From positions 1 through 62,933 of the forward strand of contig JAUWQP010000001.1 of assembly GCA_030611015.1 (NCBI GenBank): a DNA stretch of 62,933 bases, read 5' to 3'. Made by a program: the position numbers and the translations under genes. This stretch comes from Chloroflexota bacterium (lineage in GTDB: Bacteria; Chloroflexota; Dehalococcoidia; GIF9; AB-539-J10). The first letter of the stretch is position 1, and each line of letters begins with the position of its first letter. Positions 46,840 to 57,047 of the stretch are shown one piece after another. A model generated the notes under the pieces. That model was not told the origin of the DNA and did not search any database. It was given only the letters and a program-made list of their open reading frames with translations.

Positions 46840-46983
46840 TGCGCGGCTTCATGAGCTACATTTAGCCCAACTAGATATGCGAGTCCCTCCTTTTAGACTA
46901 GTGCCTGCGCGACTAGAGCCAAAATCCAGAGGGATGTCATTTAGCACATCCCTGTTAGACTACTTCATGAACACAAATCAGTC

Positions 46984-47514
46984 ATGTTTCAGGAGGTGAT
47001 ATTGAAGCAACCAGCAAAAACTGAACCAACCAAAGAAAAGGAAAGGGAAGCTATAGACAGTAAAACATGGCAGCAAATTAAAGAAATAATAGAAGCTACC
47101 GAGGGACAAGCGGGGGCGCCAATCAGGGTATTGCAAAAGGCGCAGAGACTCATTGGCTATCTACCGCGTGAGGTCCTGGAAACAATATCCAGGGAAATGA
47201 GAATCCCTCTGAGCGAGCTGTATGGAATAACGAGCTTCTATTCGTTTTTCTCGATGGTGCCAAAAGGCAAGTATGTCATTCAGGTGTGCCTGGGCACCAG
47301 TTGCTACGTCAAGGGGGGACAGAGAATCCTCGATGCTTTCAAGAAAGATTTTGACCTCGAGTCTGGTGGAATCGCATCTGACGGCAAATTCTCATTGGAG
47401 ACGGTGAGATGCCTTGGCTGCTGCGGCCTATCTCCGGTGTTAGCCATCAACGAGGATATACATAGGAGAGTGAAGCCCAGCCAGCTAAAAGCTATCCTGA
47501 GTTCGTATCGATAG
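46984..47514 (+). CDS. hoxE: NuoE/HoxE-like [2Fe-2S] diaphorase subunit
   Basis: Thioredoxin-like 2Fe-2S pattern (CLGTSC...CLGCC). The true start may be the in-frame TTG at 47002, 5 nt after AGGAGG. Confidence 0.8.
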   Translation: MFQEVILKQPAKTEPTKEKEREAIDSKTWQQIKEIIEATEGQAGAPIRVLQKAQRLIGYLPREVLETISREMRIPLSELYGITSFYSFFSMVPKGKYVIQVCLGTSCYVKGGQRILDAFKKDFDLESGGIASDGKFSLETVRCLGCCGLSPVLAINEDIHRRVKPSQLKAILSSYR

Positions 47515-47527
47515 GAGAGTACGTACA

Positions 47528-50500
47528 ATGAAACGACTTGCGTCGGTAGAGGAATTAACCAAGCTTAGAGACCAAATTCGCAAGAAACTGTCACAACGAG
47601 AAAAGAAGACCCAGGTAAAGGTTCATCTTGGAACATGCGGTATATCTTCAGGCGCAAACAAAGTTCTTGAAGCTTTTCAACGAGAGATCGAAAGCCGTAA
47701 CTTAGCAGATGTCACCATATTAAAGGCAGCCTGCATTGGCTTGTGCGACCGAGAGCCAGTAGTCACAATTGTTCATCCCATAAAAGGCGAGACTACTTAT
47801 TATGACCTCTCCGAGGACAAAGTTCCAAAGATCGTCGAGGAGCACCTCATTAAAGATAAGATAGTGGACGAATGGAAACTGAACCCCGATGACCCCTTGC
47901 TCAAGCTGCAAGAGATAAGAATAATGCATAACCAGGACCTCGACCCGATGAGCATCGAAGAATACATCGCCCGAGACGGCTATCAAGCGCTGGCTAAAGC
48001 ACTGACCCAGATGAAGCCGGAGGACGTTATCGCAGAAATGGGAAAGGCTGGCTTGAGAGGCCGAGGAGGAGCAGGTTTCCCAACAGCTACGAAGTGGACA
48101 TTTGTCCGCAATGCTCAGGGCGATGAAAAATACGTTGTCTGCAACGGTGACGAAGGTGACCCCGGCGCCTATATGAACCGAGCTGTTCTCGAAGGTAACC
48201 CACATTCAATAGTCGAGGGTATGGCCATAGGAGCCTATGCCATAGGCAATGTGCGCCAAGGTTATGCATACGTCCGCGCTGAATATCCCCTCGCTATCGA
48301 AACATTAAGTCACGCTATAAACCAGGCCCGAAAATATGGCCTGCTGGGTAAAAACATCCTGGGAACCAGCTTTGAATTCGACCTGGATATATTCCCGGGG
48401 GCCGGTGCCTTTGTCTGCGGCGAAGAAACAGCTCTCCTGATCTCAATCGAAGGAAAACGAGGAAACCCTCGCCAGCGACCACCTTTTCCAGCCAACAAAG
48501 GGCTTTTCGACAAACCAACCACGCTCAACAACGTGGAAACCTGGTCAAACGTCCCACAGATAATCTGGAAAGGAGCTGAATGGTTTGGCAGCGTGGGCAC
48601 GGCAACCAGCAAGGGCACAAAGACCTTGTGTCTGGTTGGCAAGGTGAAGAACACCGGCCTGGTTGAAGTCCCTCTGGGTACTAGCCTGGGCAAGATTGTA
48701 TTTGATATCGGCGGCGGTATACCGAATGGAAAGAAGTACAGGGCAGTACAGATAGGTGGCCCATCAGGCGGCGTCATCCCTATCGAGCACTTAAATACCC
48801 CCGTCGACTATGAGGCTGTCACCGCACTGGGAGCTATCATGGGCTCGGGCGGACTAGTGGTAATGGATGAGGATAGTTGCATGGTCGACGTCGCCAAGTT
48901 CTTTCTCCAATTTACCAGGGACGAGTCTTGCGGGAAATGCACTCCCTGCCGTGCCGGAATACCCAAGATGCTTGAACTCCTGACCAAGATCACAGACGGC
49001 AAAGGCACGATGGAAGATCTCGCAATACTAGAAGAGCTGGGTGAAATGGTCGGTTCGGCCTCTATCTGTGGCCTGGGACAAACAGCACCCAACCCAGTGC
49101 TGACCACACTTCGGCATTTTAGAGAGGAATATGAAGCACATATCATAGACAAGAGGTGCCCGGCTGTGGTCTGCCAGGCTCTATTCAAGGCACCATGTCA
49201 GCATGCATGTCCTGTTGGCCTAGATGTCCCGGGATATATTGCCCTCATAAAAGCGGGCGAATTCGAGAAAGCCTATGACACCATTATGCAACGGCTTCCA
49301 TTCCCGTTGAGTGTTGGACGCGTATGTCACCATCCCTGCGAAGGCAAATGCCGACGAACTCAAATCGAGGAACCTATTGCAATCAGGCACCTGAAGAGAT
49401 TCGCCGCTGACTATGCATTTGACCACGGACTTGAATGCATCCCTCAGATAAGAGAGAAGAGGAAAGAAAAGGTAGCGATCATAGGCGCCGGTCCTGCAGG
49501 ACTATCAGCAGCCTGGGACCTTGCCAGAGAAGGCTTCCAGGTTACCATGTTTGAAGCCCTGCCCGTGGCTGGTGGCATGCTGGCAGTAGGCATACCTGAA
49601 TACCGCCTCCCAAAGAACATTCTCAATAGAGAGATCGAAACGGTGAAAAAGTTGGGGGTTGATATAAGACTTAACTCACCCGTAAACGATGTCGAATCCC
49701 TGCTGCAAGACGGTTACCATGCGGTATTTATCGCCACCGGTGCCCATAAAGGCGACAAGATGGGCATCCCCGGTGAAGACCTGAATGGAGTCTTTGACGC
49801 CATTGACTTCTTGAGAGAGGTAAATCTGGGGAAAGATATTGAAGTAGGACAAAAGGTGGCTGTCGTTGGAGGTGGCAACTCTGCCATCTATGCCGCTGGA
49901 GTAGCCCTGAGAAAGGGCGCTAAAGAAGTGCATATTCTCTATCGAAGAGAAAAGAGAGATATGCCGGCAATAGTCGAAGAGATCGAGGCCGCTGAAGAGG
50001 AAGGCATACATATTCACTGTCTAACAGCGCCGGTCAAGATCGTGGGCAAGAGCGGCAAAGTCGAAGGAGTCAAGTGCATCCGCATGGAACCAAGGGAGTT
50101 TGACAGGAGTGGCAGAAAGACCCCTCACCAGATCAAGGGTTCCGAATACACTATGAATGTCGATATGGTTATCGAAGCTACAGGACAGAGACCCGATACT
50201 TCATTCCTTAGAAGAGATGGGATAAGCGCAACGAAACGAGGAACGATAGTAGCCGACCCGAGAACTCTAGCTACCGGACGTAAAGGAGTTTTCGCCGGCG
50301 GAGATGTATATACGGGCGCAGCCACAGTAATCGAAGCGATAGCTGCAGGACAGAGGGCAGCCTGCTCAATAAGACGGTATCTTCAAGGAGAAGAACTCAC
50401 GCCATTGGTCGAGCGCAACGGCTATGAACCTATAGATGTGCCTTCTGTGATGCCCACTGACGAACAACTTGAAGAAAAGTATCGGCTAAAGATTGGCGAG

Positions 50501-50617
50501 ATTCTCGCCGCTGACAGGATAACTTCCTTTAAGGAAGTAGTCTTGCCTTACAGCGCGAAGGAGGCAATAGAAGAAGCCAGCCGATGTCTAAGATGTGACC
50601 TTGAAGCAGGAGAATAG
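47528..50617 (+). CDS. hoxF: NuoF/HoxF-like FMN/NAD(H) subunit fused to a C-terminal GltD/NfnB-like FAD/NAD(P)H module
   Basis: 1029 aa. N-terminal Trx-like 2Fe-2S, then GLRGRGGAGFPT, GDEGDPGAY, ESCGKCTPCR, SICGLGQ. From about residue 545 the GltD-type part begins: CQHACPV, VCHHPCEGKCRR, VAIIGAGPAGLSAAWDL, GIPEYRLPK. Confidence 0.8.
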   Translation: MKRLASVEELTKLRDQIRKKLSQREKKTQVKVHLGTCGISSGANKVLEAFQREIESRNLADVTILKAACIGLCDREPVVTIVHPIKGETTYYDLSEDKVPKIVEEHLIKDKIVDEWKLNPDDPLLKLQEIRIMHNQDLDPMSIEEYIARDGYQALAKALTQMKPEDVIAEMGKAGLRGRGGAGFPTATKWTFVRNAQGDEKYVVCNGDEGDPGAYMNRAVLEGNPHSIVEGMAIGAYAIGNVRQGYAYVRAEYPLAIETLSHAINQARKYGLLGKNILGTSFEFDLDIFPGAGAFVCGEETALLISIEGKRGNPRQRPPFPANKGLFDKPTTLNNVETWSNVPQIIWKGAEWFGSVGTATSKGTKTLCLVGKVKNTGLVEVPLGTSLGKIVFDIGGGIPNGKKYRAVQIGGPSGGVIPIEHLNTPVDYEAVTALGAIMGSGGLVVMDEDSCMVDVAKFFLQFTRDESCGKCTPCRAGIPKMLELLTKITDGKGTMEDLAILEELGEMVGSASICGLGQTAPNPVLTTLRHFREEYEAHIIDKRCPAVVCQALFKAPCQHACPVGLDVPGYIALIKAGEFEKAYDTIMQRLPFPLSVGRVCHHPCEGKCRRTQIEEPIAIRHLKRFAADYAFDHGLECIPQIREKRKEKVAIIGAGPAGLSAAWDLAREGFQVTMFEALPVAGGMLAVGIPEYRLPKNILNREIETVKKLGVDIRLNSPVNDVESLLQDGYHAVFIATGAHKGDKMGIPGEDLNGVFDAIDFLREVNLGKDIEVGQKVAVVGGGNSAIYAAGVALRKGAKEVHILYRREKRDMPAIVEEIEAAEEEGIHIHCLTAPVKIVGKSGKVEGVKCIRMEPREFDRSGRKTPHQIKGSEYTMNVDMVIEATGQRPDTSFLRRDGISATKRGTIVADPRTLATGRKGVFAGGDVYTGAATVIEAIAAGQRAACSIRRYLQGEELTPLVERNGYEPIDVPSVMPTDEQLEEKYRLKIGEILAADRITSFKEVVLPYSAKEAIEEASRCLRCDLEAGE

Positions 50618-50619
50618 AC

Positions 50620-52611
50620 ATGAAAGAAATAACGCTTACAATCAATGGCAAGCAGGTTAAAGGCAGAGAAGGTGATACTGTTCTTGAGGTATGTGAGGCT
50701 AATAATATATACGTTCCAACTTTATGCCACTTAAAAGGAATTGCTGATGTAGGTGCCTGCCGCATGTGTGTGGTTGATATCGAAAGAGAAAGGCGCCCTG
50801 TACCTGCCTGCACTTATCCAGCACGAGATGGTCTGGTAGTACAGACGCACAACGAAAAACTGGAGAAATACCGCCGGCTGATTCTGGAATTGATGTTTAC
50901 AGAACGCAACCATCTGTGCGCCCAGTGCGTGGCCAGCGGCGATTGTGAACTGCAGAATCTTGCCTACGAATACCAGATGGACAATGTCCGCTATCCATAT
51001 TCCTGGCCTGCATTGCCTCTAGACTCAGTAAACGATTATCTTGTTATTGACCATAATCGCTGTATTTTATGTGGCAGATGCATCAGGACTTGCGACGAAA
51101 TTGTAGGCGTTCACACACTGGACTTCGGACATCGCGGTTGGAAAGTCATGGTCGTCGCCGACCTCAATCAACCTTTAGGAGCATCATCCTGCATTTCCTG
51201 CGGAGCTTGTTTTCAAGTCTGCCCCACGGGTGCCATTTTCTCCAAAAACAGCGCCTATAAAGGAAAACCCGAAGAGTGCCGAAAGGTAAACAGCATATGT
51301 CCAATATGTGGGGTCGGCTGCAAAATTGAAGCACTGGTTAAGGACAACAGGCTTATCAGAATTGACAGCCCTGACCTGAGCAACAAGCGCGGTATACTTT
51401 GTCACAAAGGACGTTTCACTCCCCTGTACAATAAAAACGAACGAGTCAAGACAGCACTGGTAAGAAATAGTCGCGGTAAGCTCGAGCCACGGCCATTACC
51501 TGAAGCAATAGACATAGTCACCACGAAGCTTGCCGAACTGAAAGCTCAATACGGGAATAACAGCATAGCTGGCATAGCATCAAGCCAGGCCAGCAACGAC
51601 TCCCTTAAGGCCTTCAAAGAATTCCTAGCCGGTACAATCGGCAGTGACTTAATCGACGCTCTCGATGGGGATGCCTACAGAACTATTATCAAGGGCATAA
51701 ACGATCCTAGAGCTCAGGGAGGTTTGGATATCGAAACCTCGCTAGAAGAGATACTCAAGGCTGATTGCATAATCGTAGTAGGAGCCAATCCCCTTGAAAG
51801 CCATCCTGTGGCTGGTTCTTATATCGCCAGAGCAGCAAGACGGAACAAGGCAACACTCGTCGTCATCGACCCGGCGCAAAATGCCTTCCCTTACCATGCT
51901 ACACTATGGTTAAAACCAAAGGAAGGCAATGAGCAATTGGCCCTGGACGTCCTATCCAAAGCCGTCATAGATAAAGGCGCCAAGAGAGACTCTACCCGGA
52001 CAAACGAAATAGCAGCATACCTCAAGGATATTAATGTGAAGAAAAGCATTCAGCAAGCTGGGATAGGCACTGATGACCTTCTTGAGGCTGCAGATATGCT
52101 CAGCAAGGCCAAACACAGCGTCATAATCTACGGGGAAGGCATTCTACGACACAAGAATCACAGACTGATAACATCTCTTCTCAATTTGGCGGCTGTCGCC
52201 AGCAGTCAAGACAAAGAGAAACCACGAATTATTTCTCTAAAACCTAAGGGGAACAGCCGTGGCGCCTGGGATATGGGAATAGCCAATTCATCGCAATCAC
52301 TCATAAAGAACCTGACGAGCAACAACATAAAGGCTTTATACTTACTTCTGTCTGATGACTATGTTGACGCATCAGAATTGCCCAACCTTAGCACAGAATT
52401 GGAATTCATAGTTATTCAGTCAAGTTATCTCTCATCTGCAACATCGAAAGCCGACGTCGTATTACCATCGCCAATCTGGACAGAGGCAGGGGAAGAATAC
52501 ATTACACTGGATGGTATAGCCAAATCGACCTCGCGCCTCGTCAAGCCATCTGATGGCATCAAAGCAGATGCAGAGATATTGCGCGAAATTTCACAACAGA
52601 TGAAGAAATAG
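50620..52611 (+). CDS. hoxU: HoxU/NuoG-like Fe-S subunit with C-terminal molybdopterin-oxidoreductase-like (apparently degenerate) domain
   Basis: 663 aa. 2Fe-2S (C..GACRMC), a His-ligated cluster (HLCAQCVASGDC), and 2x4Fe-4S (CILCGRCIRTC, CISCGACFQVCP). Next is an MopB-type cluster, CPICGVGC..C. The segment where formate dehydrogenases carry ..C/U-H.. reads SNDSLKAFKEFLAGTIGSDLID. Confidence 0.7.
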   Translation: MKEITLTINGKQVKGREGDTVLEVCEANNIYVPTLCHLKGIADVGACRMCVVDIERERRPVPACTYPARDGLVVQTHNEKLEKYRRLILELMFTERNHLCAQCVASGDCELQNLAYEYQMDNVRYPYSWPALPLDSVNDYLVIDHNRCILCGRCIRTCDEIVGVHTLDFGHRGWKVMVVADLNQPLGASSCISCGACFQVCPTGAIFSKNSAYKGKPEECRKVNSICPICGVGCKIEALVKDNRLIRIDSPDLSNKRGILCHKGRFTPLYNKNERVKTALVRNSRGKLEPRPLPEAIDIVTTKLAELKAQYGNNSIAGIASSQASNDSLKAFKEFLAGTIGSDLIDALDGDAYRTIIKGINDPRAQGGLDIETSLEEILKADCIIVVGANPLESHPVAGSYIARAARRNKATLVVIDPAQNAFPYHATLWLKPKEGNEQLALDVLSKAVIDKGAKRDSTRTNEIAAYLKDINVKKSIQQAGIGTDDLLEAADMLSKAKHSVIIYGEGILRHKNHRLITSLLNLAAVASSQDKEKPRIISLKPKGNSRGAWDMGIANSSQSLIKNLTSNNIKALYLLLSDDYVDASELPNLSTELEFIVIQSSYLSSATSKADVVLPSPIWTEAGEEYITLDGIAKSTSRLVKPSDGIKADAEILREISQQMKK

Positions 52612-52636
52612 CAATTGAAAAGAAGGAGTTTCTAAC

Positions 52637-53173
52637 ATGACAAAGGTCAAGGTAGCTACAATCTGGTTGGAAGCTTGTGCTGGCTGTCATATGTCATTCC
52701 TTGATATTGATGAGGCGATAATCGATCTAGCTGATATGGTCGAATTCACCAGGACTCCTATAACGGACATAAAGGACTTCCCCCAGGTAGACGTCGGCAT
52801 TGTAGAAGGCTCTGTCGGCAACACTGAAGAGGAAGAGGTGCTCAAGGAACTCAGGGCTCACTGCAAAATCCTTATGGCCTGGGGGGATTGCGCCTGCTTC
52901 GGTGGTGTGTGTGCCATGCGCAACACTTTCGATAAAGAAGAGGTTCTCAGGCGAGGATATATCGAGACTGAAAGTACCTCCAAAGGCAAGATACCCTGCC
53001 CGCCTGGTGTCCCGGCACTCCTTGACCAAGTGAAACCAGCGAATCATGTAGTAAAGGTAGACTGCTATGTTCCAGGCTGTCCACCAGAAGCTGGAGCTAT
53101 CTTATATGCGTTAAAAGAGCTGCTGGCAGGTAGAATCCCGGTTCTGCCCAGCGATATGATGCGCTTCGACTAG
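52637..53173 (+). CDS. hoxY: [NiFe]-hydrogenase small subunit, short Hox (group 3d-like) type
   Basis: 178 aa with EACAGCHMS, GDCACFGG and GCPP. Confidence 0.85.
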   Translation: MTKVKVATIWLEACAGCHMSFLDIDEAIIDLADMVEFTRTPITDIKDFPQVDVGIVEGSVGNTEEEEVLKELRAHCKILMAWGDCACFGGVCAMRNTFDKEEVLRRGYIETESTSKGKIPCPPGVPALLDQVKPANHVVKVDCYVPGCPPEAGAILYALKELLAGRIPVLPSDMMRFD

Positions 53174-53187
53174 AAAGAGGTGAAGAC

Positions 53188-54624
53188 ATGGCTACTGAAG
53201 TTAGCAAAACTATCGAAATAAACCCCGTTAGCCGGATTGAAGGACACGGCAAGGTAACAATACAACTGGACGATTCAGGGAATGTAGCCGACGCCAAATT
53301 TCATGTAACACAATTTCGAGGCTTTGAAAAGTTCTGCGAAGGCAGAGTTTTCTGGGAGATGCCGGTAATAACGCCCAGAATCTGCGGCATCTGCCCTGTG
53401 AGCCACCATTTAAGCGCAGCCAAAGCCTGTGATGAGATTTTGGGAGTTGAACTAACCCGCCCAGCTAAACTCTTGCGTGAATTGATGCATATGGGGCAGA
53501 TCCTTCAATCCCACGCCCTTCATTTTTTCTACCTTGCCAGTCCAGATTTACTTCTCGGCATGGACGCTGAACCGGCAAAGAGAAATGTAATCGGTTTGAT
53601 TGCTGAGAATCCTGACATCGCTGTTAAAGGTGTCAAGCTTCGCAGCTTTGGTCAGACAATAATCCAAAAGCTGGGTGGTAAGAAAATCCACCCTAACGGC
53701 GCTGTACCTGGCGGCATGAACACAGCTCTGTCCACCGCTGACAGAGACCATTTCTTGAAGCAGCTTGATTGGGCTATCGCCGATGCTCAGGCCGCTATAG
53801 GCATAATCAAGAGTTACTATGAAAAAGACAAAGAGTTTGTGTGTACCTGCGCCAGTTTTCCCACAGGCTATCTCGGGCTGGTGGATGAACACAACAACTT
53901 GGAACTCTACAACGGTCAATTGAGGTTAATTGACCAAAAAGGAAGAGTCCTTGAAGACCAGTTCAATCCATCCAATTACCTCGATATAATCAGGGAACAT
54001 GTGGAGGATTGGTCTTATCTCAAGTTCCCCTTTTATAAGAGGATGGGCTATCCCAGGGGTACTTACCGAGTAGGCCCGCTTGCCCGGCTTAACGTTAGTC
54101 AGGGAATATCAACTCCTTTAGCCAATGCTGAACTCAAGAACTTCAAGAAATTGGGCAACAATGGCATAGTAGAGGGTTCATTATACTATCATTACGCCCG
54201 CCTCATAGAACTGCTTTATTCCATCGAAAGGATCCAGCAGCTACTGGAGGACAAGGACATACGTTCGACTGACCTGATAGTCACCTCAAACAAGTACAAT
54301 GAGCAGGGCGTTGGCGTGCTCGAAGCACCGAGGGGCACTTTATTCCATCACTACTGGGTAGACGACACTGGCAAAATCAAGAAAGTCAACCTCATAGTAG
54401 CCACAGGCAACAACAATGCTGCCATGAACAAGGCAGTATACGAGGTAGCCAGAACGCACATAAAGAACAACAAGATAACCGAAGGTATACTCAACCGAGT
54501 TGAGGTGGCTATCCGTTGCTATGACCCTTGTCTATCATGCTCAACACATGCCTTGGGTCAAATGCCTTTCAACATTCAGGTCGTATCACGTGACGGTGAA
54601 ATAATAAAAGAGATAATAAGGTAG
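53188..54624 (+). CDS. hoxH: [NiFe]-hydrogenase large subunit, Hox (group 3d-like) type
   Basis: 478 aa with [11 protein letters not shown] and DPCLSCSTH. Confidence 0.85.
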   Translation: MATEVSKTIEINPVSRIEGHGKVTIQLDDSGNVADAKFHVTQFRGFEKFCEGRVFWEMPVITPRICGICPVSHHLSAAKACDEILGVELTRPAKLLRELMHMGQILQSHALHFFYLASPDLLLGMDAEPAKRNVIGLIAENPDIAVKGVKLRSFGQTIIQKLGGKKIHPNGAVPGGMNTALSTADRDHFLKQLDWAIADAQAAIGIIKSYYEKDKEFVCTCASFPTGYLGLVDEHNNLELYNGQLRLIDQKGRVLEDQFNPSNYLDIIREHVEDWSYLKFPFYKRMGYPRGTYRVGPLARLNVSQGISTPLANAELKNFKKLGNNGIVEGSLYYHYARLIELLYSIERIQQLLEDKDIRSTDLIVTSNKYNEQGVGVLEAPRGTLFHHYWVDDTGKIKKVNLIVATGNNNAAMNKAVYEVARTHIKNNKITEGILNRVEVAIRCYDPCLSCSTHALGQMPFNIQVVSRDGEIIKEIIR

Positions 54625-54755
54625 TATCCTGTGTTTACTCTGTACATCGGTGCGACACAACAGCGATACTCTCAAGCCCAGAACAGTATGGCACCGTGAT
54701 GCCATTACACTGATGTTTGCAGATGACTACAGTGGATAATCTATCTATACGATGA

Positions 54756-56162
54756 CTACTCGGTACTACCCCTCAAATATTCGTCTATATCGGTAGCTGC
54801 CCGCCGTGCTGCCCCCATGGCGCTAATAACAGTGGCGGCCCCCGTAGCCATATCCCCCCCACACCAGACTCTCTCCTTGCTTGTCCTACCACTGGCCTCA
54901 TCAGTCAGTATGGTACCCCACTTAGTGAGTTCAAGTCCCTTGGTTGTTGAGGGAATAATCGGGTTAGGCCTTGTGCCCAGAGCAGGAATGGCAGTATCTA
55001 TCTCCATAATGAACTCAGAGCCTGGCTTTCGAATAGGCCGCGGCCGGCCACTTTCATCGGGCTCACCCAATTCCATTTCATGTAACTCCACTGCCCTGAC
55101 TCTACTCCGTTCATCACCAAGAAACCTGCTGGGATTGGTCAAAAGATTGAAAATCACTCCCTCTTCTTCAGCGTTTTCCCTCTCCTCAAGCCTGGCAGGC
55201 ATCTCCGCTTTGGAGCGCCGATAGATAATATACACTTCTTCTGCTCCGAGTCTCAAGGCACATCTGGAAGCATCCATAGCTACATTCCCGGCGCCAAATA
55301 CTGCTACCCGCTTCCCTACTTGTATGGGAGTATCATACTCCGGAAAAAGATATGCCTTCATCAGATTTGTCCGAGTAAGAAACTCGTTAGCAGAATAAAT
55401 ACCACTAAGATTCTCCCCAGGTATATTCAGGAACATTGGCGCCCCAGCCCCGGGAGATAAGAAAACGGCGTCAAAGCCATTTTCCAGAAGTTCATCTACG
55501 ATAGCTATTTTTCCGATAACATGATTGAGCTTAATTTCCACACCCAGCGACTTCACATAATCAACTTCACCCTGAACGATTACCTTGGGTAGCCTAAACT
55601 CGGGGATGCCATACATCAGCACGCCACCGGCAATATGAAGTGCTTCAAAAATAATAACCTCATATCCCAGCTTGGCCAGGTCAGCGGCACAGGTTAGACC
55701 TGCTGGCCCACAGCCGACTACAGCCACCCGTTTACCAGTTGGTTTGGGCGGCTCTGCCTTCGGGTTCAGCGCTCCCCTATTAGCCCGCTCCCAATCAGCC
55801 ACGTAACGCTCCAGGCGTCCGATGGCACTGGGTGCTCCTTTCTTAGCTAACGAGCATGCTTGTTCACACTGTGTCTCTTGTGGGCAGACCCGCCCGCAGA
55901 TACCGGGCAGGCTGTTCTTATCCTTGAGTATCCTTACCGCTTCGGGCATATTATCATCAAGGACAGCCTTGATAAAAGCGGGAATATCTACCTCCACCGG
56001 GCAGCCATCAATGCAGGGATGCTTGGGACACTGGAGACAACGGCTTGCCTCGGCTTTAGCCTGCTCGGCGCTGTAACCCAAGGCAACCTCGCTAAAGTTT
56101 TTGCCCCGCGTCTTGGGCTCCTGCTTTATCATTGGCTCCCTGTTGAGATTCGCCTTAACCAT
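54756..56162 (-). CDS. nfnB: NfnB/SudA/GltD-type NADPH-binding FAD iron-sulfur oxidoreductase
   Basis: 468 aa with CLQCPKHPCIDGCPV, CGRVCPQETQCE, VAVVGCGPAGLTCAADL and GIPEFRLPK. Confidence 0.8.
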   Translation of the reverse strand: MVKANLNREPMIKQEPKTRGKNFSEVALGYSAEQAKAEASRCLQCPKHPCIDGCPVEVDIPAFIKAVLDDNMPEAVRILKDKNSLPGICGRVCPQETQCEQACSLAKKGAPSAIGRLERYVADWERANRGALNPKAEPPKPTGKRVAVVGCGPAGLTCAADLAKLGYEVIIFEALHIAGGVLMYGIPEFRLPKVIVQGEVDYVKSLGVEIKLNHVIGKIAIVDELLENGFDAVFLSPGAGAPMFLNIPGENLSGIYSANEFLTRTNLMKAYLFPEYDTPIQVGKRVAVFGAGNVAMDASRCALRLGAEEVYIIYRRSKAEMPARLEERENAEEEGVIFNLLTNPSRFLGDERSRVRAVELHEMELGEPDESGRPRPIRKPGSEFIMEIDTAIPALGTRPNPIIPSTTKGLELTKWGTILTDEASGRTSKERVWCGGDMATGAATVISAMGAARRAATDIDEYLRGSTE

Positions 56163-56183
56163 GTATGTTGCTTAGGCCTCCAT

Positions 56184-57047
56184 TCAACAACGCTTGTCCA
56201 TCTGAGCCTGCCACTGCTCAAAAGAGCGTTTTTCCTCATCAAGATAAATACGCTGCCGGACCAAGAGCAAGTCCCAGTCTACCTGATGCCCGTCAAAATC
56301 AGGCCCATCCACGCAGGTAAACCTGGTTACGCCACCAACGGATACACGGCAGCAGCCACACATCCCGGTGCCATCAACCATTATTGGATTCAGGCTAACA
56401 ATAGTTTTCACCCCGAAAGGCTGGGTGGTCAGGGCACAGAACTTCATCATGATGGTCGGGCCAATGGCAATGACTCGGTCAACCTTCTCCTCACTCTCAA
56501 GCAGCTCCTTCAGTGGCTCAGTTACTACCCCTTTGCGACCATAAGTGCCATCATCGGTAGTAACTATTAGCTGGTGGCTGACACTGCGTAGTTTATCTTC
56601 CCAGAAGAGCAAGTTCTTGCTCCGTGCCCCCAAAATGGAGATAATCTTGTTTCCCTTCTCCTTCAGTGCCTTGGCAATAGGCGTTATTGACGCAGCACCA
56701 ACCCCTCCCGCCACACAGACTATAGTACCAAATTTGTCAATATGCGATGGTACACCAAGGGGACCAACAAAGTCGGCAATGGAGTCACCGGCTTTCAGCA
56801 ACGCCAGCCTGAAGGTTGTCGCTCCCGCTTCCAGAAACACCAGGGTAACACTGCCTTCCTTCCCATTCCAGTCAGCAAGCGTCAGAGGAATACGCTCGCC
56901 TCTTTCATCAATCCTGATGACAACAAACTGCCCCGCCAGCGCTTTTCTAGCAATTGCCGGTGCTTCGATTTTGAACAAATGAATTTTCGTCCCTAAAGTC
57001 TCTCTAGAAATAATCCGAAACATTTGGTGAACTCCATCCCAATTCAT
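56184..57047 (-). CDS. nfnA: NfnA/SudB-type FAD/NAD(H)-binding [2Fe-2S] subunit
   Basis: 287 aa with a ferredoxin-reductase fold (GQFVVIRI, GPLG, VAGGVGAA) and a C-terminal Cys cluster CGCCRV. Confidence 0.8.
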   Translation of the reverse strand: MNWDGVHQMFRIISRETLGTKIHLFKIEAPAIARKALAGQFVVIRIDERGERIPLTLADWNGKEGSVTLVFLEAGATTFRLALLKAGDSIADFVGPLGVPSHIDKFGTIVCVAGGVGAASITPIAKALKEKGNKIISILGARSKNLLFWEDKLRSVSHQLIVTTDDGTYGRKGVVTEPLKELLESEEKVDRVIAIGPTIMMKFCALTTQPFGVKTIVSLNPIMVDGTGMCGCCRVSVGGVTRFTCVDGPDFDGHQVDWDLLLVRQRIYLDEEKRSFEQWQAQMDKRC

